From: Octopus vulgaris
Taxonomy: Eukaryota
Length of the DNA: 64,000 nucleotides
Direction of reading: 5' to 3'
Assembly: GCA_951406725.2 (NCBI GenBank)
Contig: OX597820.1
Coordinates: 78,306,001-78,370,000, forward strand
The position numbers and the translations under genes are program-made. Of the stretch, positions 55,660 through 64,000 are shown in pieces (position 1 is the first letter of the stretch; each line of letters starts with the position of its first letter). The notes under the pieces are model-generated. The model was given only the letters and a program-made list of their open reading frames with translations. It searched no databases and was not told the DNA's origin.

Positions 55660-56790
55660 TAGATTCTTAATTTTTCATATATAATATATAATTATCGTTG
55701 AATCATTATTTTACAGCTTTGATAATGAGTGGTGATAAAAATTGCAGTTGGAGCCCTTTTTACGCTACCTATAGAAAAAAGACTGAATGCACGGACAGCG
55801 GTAAAACAAATTAATGCTGTGAAGACCCCGGAGCTGTCAACCTATGTGTACTACAAAACTCGTTCAGACGTCTCAAGGAAGGAGACATTTTAGGGAAACT
55901 TTTTATCGTAGAAGATGAGGTCTTGCTGGAAATGTTTGAACAAAAACCAAACACAAGCAATCCTGCATTGTCTGCAGAACTTGGTCCTTTACAAATCACT
56001 ATCAATCTCGACACTTCCATAAATTCGGCCATATAAGCAGATGTTATTGAGAATCTCCTCACCATCTTACCAATGACCAGGCTCAATGATGAGTGAATAT
56101 TTGAAAAAAACCGCTGTCGAATCCTCGAGATATCCGTTTCATGCGTCGAAGTGCAAGGGGGGAATGAAAAATGGATTTAGCTTCGCAATTCTAATAACAG
56201 AAATTAGTGGATTTGTTGCAGCCATGCTACAGGGCCTATTGTCAAAGAAGAGTGATTTGAACAGGTCATGTTGTGTGTTCGCTGGAACTTCGTGGGGCTA
56301 TTATACTTTGAGCTTGTCCTAGATAATCATTCTGGGAACTCTAACACTTATGCTCAACAACTGCAGCGAGTATATGAGGTTTCGAAAACACACCACTCGG
56401 CATTGGTCAATCGAAGAAGCTCACTCCTAAGGTATAATAAAGCCCCTAAACACACTGCCAATGAAACCAAGCGCAGACTTGAAGAACTCGGGGAGCTGGA
56501 AGTGTTCCCTCGCCCTGCCAACAGTTCAGACCTTGCACCATCAGATTATCACATTTTTGAAGCCATGGATCATTTCCAGCATGGACAGAGTTTCAACAAT
56601 GTGGATGAATTTAAGAACGGATGCAGGAAGGTTTTTTTTTTTACCTCTAAACTGGTCAAATAGTATAAGTGTGCGATTAAGCTTCTGCATAACGATGGCA
56701 ACAGACTATAGAATATGGTGGAATATATTTCAATTAATAAACGATTTTCGTATGTAATATGTTTGAACTATTAATGAAAGCTGGAAATAC
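55660..56790 (+). mobile_element. mariner transposon relic (transposase pseudogene)
   Basis: MLCVRWNFVGLLYFELV..NSNTYAQQLQRV..PKHTA..ELGELEVFPRPANSSDLAPSDYHIF, a decayed LHDNARPH / YSPDLAPSDYHLF region. Boundaries approximate. Confidence 0.85.
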
Positions 56791-58329
56791 CCTGGTAATA
56801 TATTTCTTCTTTTGTAGCGAGAGTACGATGTTGGCCTCGAGTTGGAATGCGAAGATCTTTTCCTTTCCATGTTGTTACTGCTGCTGTTTATAGTTCATTC
56901 GGCTATGATTCAGTAGGAAAAAAGTTCCAGCTCTGACCATCCTGCTTTTCGCTTAGACAATACATCGCTATTACATTTGTTCGGCATTAAGTTTTTATTT
57001 TAAGGAGTTATAGCATTCCCCGATTTATTTTATATTAATTGCAGTTTTTCCTCTGATAAATTTATATTAAGTAATCTAGTGAGACCGCCATGTATTGTCA
57101 CCACAGCAATCCATTCAACACTTAACACCCAAAGTTTTCTGTAAAGACACGGAGCAGCTTTATGTTTTCATAATTTGTTGGTAGATTTCTTTTTCGGGTT
57201 CGACATGGCACTAATGCATAACTCTTGGGAGGATTACTTTTCTTGTTACCGGCAAAACGGTAGAATGAAGTTGAACACGCACTGTCAATTAGCTCTTCTT
57301 CACAAAGGTGAATGAAACGTATAACAATGCTCTCAATGCCAGAGAAGCAAGGTCTGTGCAATTGCTCGACTTGACAGTAATTACATGCAAATCTTCCTCC
57401 AATAGAAACTAGATCCTACAAGAAATCCAACTAAATTTTCTTCAAATACTAACCTACAACAAACTAGTTTGAGGCCGAATGGCCGCACCGACCGGCATGG
57501 ACCTTAACAAATAATTGGGGACACATATTTTTCAAATACTGGCCAAATTCTTCAAATGTAGTCAAGCAATACAGAGTTAACTAATACTGGATACATATCA
57601 GAGAGGAAGACATGATGAGCATGGTTAGAATTATGGTCAAACGATATATTCCTGATGGAGAACAATACCATGTAATAACAGATTCTACAATTGTGCTCGA
57701 AATAGAATTTAAAACTACTGCAATGGTACCTTATAAAATGCGGCCAAAAACACGCAGAAAGCGCAAAATACGCTGTTTACAATCTTAAAATTTGTCGAGT
57801 ACAGCACAAAATCATTAGAGTAACTTTATAAATCTATTAAGTACATCAGAAGTAGCATTAGATTAAAATAGCCATTTATGCCTCATAATTAATGTAAATA
57901 TATGATAGGTAAACTTTACTGGCATATTCGTCCGAAGATAATATCTCTTTTGGACGTTCTGTATTTAAAAAGCATAATATGTGTATATCAGAGGGATTCG
58001 GAACTCGTCTATGTAGTGACGAAGGGGAAGGTTAGGTAGAAATCTGCTTAGTCAGGATTTCGTCTAAGCAATATTTGTACCGTCCAAAGTGGGGTGGAAT
58101 GCACTAACGCTTTCGTTCGCCGCTACTGGGACGAGTTCCGTCTCCTTCCACCTCCCTCTCTCTCGCCCTGCCTTTCTCTCACTCTTTCTTTCTCTCTCTC
58201 CCTTCTCTTGCTGATATATACAAATTGTGTCTTTAACTACAGCGCATCTATAAGAGGTACTTTCACGGATGAACGCTGCTGTAAATGTTGCCTATAACGC
58301 TGTTTATATATTATTTTATACAACTAAAA

Positions 58330-59670
58330 TATTGGGGCATCCCATAAATGACGCGGTTTTTTCAATTGCATGCACTAAAAGTCGTGGGGGCGGGATAGTC
58401 TACCTGCATCAACTTGCTATGAAAGCAGGTAGTAATTTTACCTTGTTATTATTCTTGAAGGCGGATAGCTCAGTGATTAGAGCGTCGAGGTTGTGAGTTC
58501 GATGCCCGGACCGGGCTGCGTCTTGTGTTCTTGAGCAAGACACTTTATTTCAGGTTGCTCCTGTTAACTCAGCTATAGAAATGAGATGCGACATCACTGG
58601 TGCCAAGCTGTATTAGCCTTTGCATTTCCCTTTGATTAAATCAATGGTGTGGAGAATTGAGGCTGGTATGCATGGGTGGCTGCTGGTCTTCAACAAACAA
58701 CATTGCCCGGACTTGTACCTCGGAGGGTAACTTTCTAGGTGCAATCCCATGGTCATTCATGATCAAAGGGGGTCTCCTCTGTTCTTAATGCAAGTTTTGA
58801 AGAGTGCAGTCCGATTTTAAGTTGTTTTTTCAAAGATATAATGGAGGCGACAAAGGAGCATATTCGGCATATTTTGCTTTATGTGCTCAATAAAGCAACA
58901 ACGCAATGGAAAGTACAAGAAATCTTAATGCAGTATATGGGGATTGGACAATAAGCGTAAGCCAGTGTCAACGATGGCTCCAGAAATTCTCAGCCGGAAA
59001 CTACAGCCTGGAGGAAAAGCCTCGTTCTCAAAGATCTGTAGAGCTCGGCGAGGAAGTCCTGCAAAACTCTGATGAAACAAAATACCATCGTAACTGTGGA
59101 TGAACTAGCAAAGGAGCTTGGATTTGATCATTCAACCATTCATGCGTGCCATCGGGAAAGTCAGCAAATTGTGTCAACGGGTTCCTCATAAACTTTCCGA
59201 AGCTAATCACGCGCAGAAAGTGAACGTGTGCTCTTCTTTGTAGTCACGTCTCACGAATGAAACTTTTTGGATCGAATATGACTGGTGACGGGAAATGGGT
59301 TCTCTATAAAAATGTCAAGCACCGAAGACAGTGGGTGAGGAAGGGAGAAACAGCGGCACCCCAGGCTACAGAATGTCTTCGCCCACGTAAGATGTTGGTA
59401 TCTGTTTGGTGGAATATGAAAGGTTTAGTCCACTTTAAACTTTTAAACCCAAACCAAACGATAACAAAGGAGATCAACTGCGAGTAGCTTGTGCGGCTCA
59501 GGTCAGCGCTAGACCAAAAACGACCATCTTCGGTTTAAAGATGAAAGGTGTTCTTCCATCAGGATAATACTCGGTCACATATAGAGAAGATGACATTCGA
59601 ATGGCTGGATCAGTTTGCATGGGAAACGATGCCCAACCTACTATATTCGCCGGACATTGCCCCGTTTGAT
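58330..59670 (+). mobile_element. mariner transposon relic, 3'-truncated, with a SINE in its 5' region
   Basis: TIR-like TATTGGGGCATCCCATAA. MEATKEHIRHILL (58841), [46 protein letters not shown]. Confidence 0.88.
58457..58777 (+). mobile_element. SINE family A, alternative-3' subfamily
   Basis: Reverse complement of 61462-61791; GCTCAGTG.TTAGAGCG head, GAGTTCGATGCC B box. Confidence 0.85.
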
Positions 59671-59672
59671 TA

Positions 59673-59673
<1 letters not shown>

Positions 59674-59718
<45 letters not shown>

Positions 59719-59755
59719 GATAGATAGATAGATAGATAGATAGATAAATAGATAT

Positions 59756-59788
<33 letters not shown>

Positions 59789-59814
59789 TAGATAGATAGA
59801 TAGATTGATAGATT

Positions 59815-59898
<84 letters not shown>
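59674..59898. repeat. (GATA)n/(GACA)n microsatellite
   Basis: Directly visible. Confidence 0.97.
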
Positions 59899-59899
<1 letters not shown>

Positions 59900-60636
59900 G
59901 TGTCGGCTTTGCTGTATGGGGAGATGTCTGCTTCTCAACCACATTGTTTCGGGTTGAACATTTGCTAACCCTTATACACATAATCTAAACGATAAATTGT
60001 TATGGATATCGAGTTTCTTTTCTCTTAATAATACTGATTTTACTGTTTAAATTGTCTCTTTCGTTTTATTATAAAACTATCTTTTCCGAATTGCAAATTC
60101 TGAATATTATAGAATCCCTTTGCATAATTTTGTTTCTGAACAATGAAAATCCATCGAAAGAAGTATTGTAAAGTTTTTAATGTTGTTTGATTCGTATTAG
60201 TAATATTCCCGAATGTTTCAATATAATCGTATGAAAATATTTTTAGTAAAATATTTCAAATATATCAGTTATTTTAGTGAACAAATATTTTTATGCATTT
60301 AAGTTCTATATAAGATTATTCTAAATTTTTCTACGTTCAATTTTAATAAATTAATAATCCAAATATATATTTTGAATATATTTTTGAATTGTTTTATGTA
60401 TATAAATACACATTAGTTTTTCATGTGTGTATGCGTCTTGTTTTATGGAAATCCTTTTTCCATTGTTAGTTGAGACTGAGTAGTTGGAATGATTATTTCA
60501 GCTGAAATTGGCAGATAAGGTTTATATATACATATCTAAATAGTATAGTCTTTTACTTTTCACTGACAGACACTAATCAGCGTTCGATCGCTGCAATATG
60601 TCAGTCATTTACACTTATAAATCCATGTATATATAT

Positions 60637-60918
<282 letters not shown>

Positions 60919-61038
60919 AAATAGATTTCTTTATTGGCCACGCATGGCTAAACACAGACGCGACAAAATACTAAGTAGGGTTTTTCTTTTTGGGAAGAAG
61001 AGAATGGAAAAAAGGGGGGCGAATTCCGATCAAAAGCG

Positions 61039-61081
<43 letters not shown>

Positions 61082-61308
61082 CATACATACAGACTGACAG
61101 CAGACAGACATGCAGACAGACAGATATACAGACAGACAGACATAAAGACAGACATACAGATAGATAAATGGATAGATACATATGTATGTATATTCCTTTA
61201 TATATATACTTGTAAATGTGCGTGTGTGCGCGCATGCGTTCAAATTGCACGTGATGCTAATGTAATCCTTATTCCATAGTTCGATTGTCTTGTTCTTCAT
61301 AACAGAGA

Positions 61309-61910
61309 CATGGAGGTTTCCAAGCAGAACCAACGTATCACCATCGAATTCTTGACGAAGGTGAGATGCAAGCGGTCCGACATCCACAGAAATTTAGGCT
61401 TTTATAAGGAAGTGGAACTCAGTGCCAGATCAATAAGTACAGAATTATGAAGAAGTTTAAAGGGTAAAGACCCCCTTCGGTCATGAATGACCATGGGATT
61501 GCACCTAGAAAGTTACCCTCCCAGACACAAGTCCGGGCAAGGTTGTTTATGGAAGACCAGCAGTCGCCCATGCATACCAGCCTCCCTCTCCACGCCACCA
61601 GTGTTATCCAAGGGAAAGACAAAGGTCGATACAGCTTGGCACCAGTGACGTCGCAACTCATTTCTACAGCTGAGTGAACTGGAGCAACGTGAAATAAAGT
61701 GCTTTGCTCAAGAACACAACACGCAGCCTGGTCCGGGATTCGAGCTCACAACCTCACGATCGTAAGCACGACGCTCTAACCACTGAGCCATGGTGGTGAA
61801 ACCAACATTGAAACAAACGAAGCAGTTGGAGACCATGGATTGCAATAGCTGACACGAATCGCCACAGAATGGACGAATTGTTCAACACAAATGGGTATCT
61901 GGCTTGTACC
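61309..61910 (+). mobile_element. Possible old mariner relic interrupted by a SINE
   Basis: MEVSKQNQRITIEFLTKVRCKRSDIHRNL resembles mariner N-termini; KWV near 61890. Weak. Confidence 0.4.
61462..61791 (-). mobile_element. SINE family A, alternative-3' subfamily, well preserved
   Basis: Minus strand TGGCTCAGTGGTTAGAGCG (A box), GAGCTCGAATCCC (B box), TCTTGAGCAAAGCACTTTATTTCACGTTGCTCCAG. Confidence 0.9.
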
Positions 61911-62641
61911 ACAAGACAGCTAGTCGGCTCTGGCTGTTGGAGCTGAAACTAAGACGATTCCGTTGGAAGGTAGGTCTCGGGAGGCCACGGGCCAAAACTA
62001 CCCGCCCTTCCCCTCCATTGGTCAGTTGAAGCTTAGAACATGTCACGTGACAGTCAGCTGGCGCTGTCTGCTGGAGCCTACCAGCGACTATTTCAGTGAA
62101 AATTTGGCAGGGTGGTTATTCACCCACTGATATTCATTGACGCTGCATCGAAGGAACCAAAGAACAAAAAAAAGACAGAAAAAGGTAAAAAACGCACTCC
62201 ACATCAGAGCTGAAGACACCTCCGAAAGCTGGGCGGAGGCGAACCGTCGAAAACGTTAGAGGAGTAAGGGCCGAAACCGGACGGGATTCCTCCTAGTGAT
62301 GTCCTTAGCCACTGGATCTTATAAAGGAGCTGTTGAGGTAGCGAACCACGAAACATGGTCACAATTCCCCAAGATATGAAATTACTGCAAAGCAAGATTG
62401 TTGGCACAATACATTACAGAAAGTGGTTGATATCGGGTATTGGAATGTGCATGGAAATTGGGTATCTCATTAGGTAACAGAACGATAGATGTATGGAAGT
62501 CTTCTTTGATCAACTAGAAGCATTTAAAAGCCAGGAAGCCAAGGATCCCTGCTTTTAGATACTTCCAACTAGTGATAGAATATCGTAAGTTAAGAAGTTA
62601 CAATACAAAAAATTGTAACCGAACCACAAATTCTCAGCACA

Positions 62642-63441
62642 GGCGCAGGGGTGGCTATGTGGTAAGAAGCTTGCTTCCCAACCACACAGTTCCGGGTTCA
62701 GTTCCACCGCCTGGCAACTTGGACAAGTGTCTGCTAATATAGTCTGAAGCCGTCCAAATCCTTGTGTGTGGATTTCGTAGACAGAAACTGTAACAAGCCC
62801 ATCGTATCATGTCTATTTTCATACCAACTCTTCTCTCTCTATTTCATATCTTATCTAAAATAACTATTGCTTAACTATCTTCTCACACCGTCTCCGATGA
62901 AGGGATATATAAAATATCCCGGAAACAGCTGTAATACCTTCTATTTATAAATGTTCTGAAATCTTTCACAGCTTTGGATTTTTATCTTATTCTGTAATTT
63001 TTTTTATATATACACATGCTGATATAAGACCTATGCTGAACTCCTCATTCGCATAATCACCGAGCCTGGAGCTTAACTATGGTCTGTTCATAGCTCTTAC
63101 TCAGCATTACCTGACACCATAGCATTTACTCAGTATTACCTGACACCAGCATTACCAAACTCAGCATTACCTGTCTTCTTGACACCATTACCTCTCATAA
63201 CCTATATATTTATGTATGTATGCATGTGTGTATGTATGTATTTGTGGCTGTGTTTGTCCCCGCCCCCACCATCGCTAGACAACCGATGTTGGGGTATTTA
63301 CGTCCCCATAACATTGCGGTTCGGAAAAAGAGACTGATAGGCTTACAAAGAAGAAGTCTTGGGGATCGATTTGTTCGACTAAATGCGGTACTCCAGCATG
63401 GTCGCTGTCAAGTGACTGAAACAAGTAAAAGGATGAAAGAG
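62642..63441 (+). mobile_element. SINE family B split by a ~400-bp insert (about 62810-63205) carrying a hammerhead-like motif
   Basis: 5' half 62642-62806, 3' half about 63230-63441. The insert has CCGATGA-A-GGGATAT..ATATCCC-G-GAAAC-AGCT-GTA at 62894-62933 and a CAGCATTACCTGACAC minisatellite at 63099-63192. Confidence 0.7.
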
Positions 63442-63477
63442 TAATGAGAAAATTTTATTTTTGTTGTTGTTTAATAC

Positions 63478-64000
63478 GTGTTGTCTGAGAGAGACTATGC
63501 GACATTCGAAGGCTACCTTCACTGATTTCAAGCCCTTAGCCCCTTTTATCTCTTCTTAGAGCCTGTCGATATCACAATTACTGTGGAGATTTCCAAATGG
63601 TTAGAATCGTCCGAATTTCTTCCACAGTCAAGTATTGCAATTGCTGGAATCAGCTCTGGTACTACAAATGTATTGTGTTATGGAATATTTTCTTGAAAAC
63701 GGAGAGTTCAAACTGCCATATTTTCCTTAGTCTGGTGTAATATTCTTGGGTCACTCTATCTTTATTTACTGTAACTTAGTACGTCGCATTTTCGTCAATG
63801 CCAATGTACTTTCAACATTCTTTGTGTGGGACAGGAGAGATAGTGAGACCATTAAAGCAAAGGTTTTGTGTCTTAGAGTTTAATTTTCTCCGTTCAACAA
63901 TTAAATAAGAACATTTCTTCTGGCCAAATTCCATTCTTATGTCAACTGAAAATGCTGTTTTTAATTCCAGCTGTTTGTTTTTATTGTTAACATCTTTAGC
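63478..64000 (-). mobile_element. Old R4/Dong LINE relic (RT C-terminal region), runs off the window
   Basis: Minus translation NLHSNCDIDRL..KGLKSVKVAFECRIVSLRQH parallels NFHINSDVDRI..RGLTSIQNAFECRIRSLRQH at 16059. Confidence 0.7.

Noticed and set aside
62210-62248. Functional hammerhead at CTGAAGA..CCTCCG/CGGAGG..GAACCGTC
   Set aside because: GAAA is mutated to GAAC and stem I is absent; counted only as a decayed remnant.

Overview
AT-rich animal genomic DNA saturated with microsatellites. The SINE and LINE repertoire looks like octopus or another coleoid cephalopod; this is inferred from recalled repeat families, not checked. No host protein-coding gene is supportable, so the window is probably intronic or intergenic. 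It holds three or four tRNA-derived SINE families, CR1/L2, RTE and R4/Dong LINE fragments, two Penelope-like (GIY-YIG) relics, Tc1/mariner relics and a Helitron derivative. The standout is 26829-31427: a near-identical ~491-bp tandem array (7.9 copies) followed by 1.5 inverted copies, inserted into (TA)n. Each unit encodes a type I hammerhead ribozyme fold inside a highly structured monomer, which fits a retrozyme-like non-autonomous element. The catalytic core is intact only in copies 2, 5, 8 and the inverted copy. The inverted block starts 4 nt after the predicted cleavage site. Three diverged relatives with covarying hammerhead stems lie just upstream (23.4-26.5 kb). An unrelated 468-bp element with an intact hammerhead and the same architecture sits at 4628-5340. 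All structures were read by eye, not computed.
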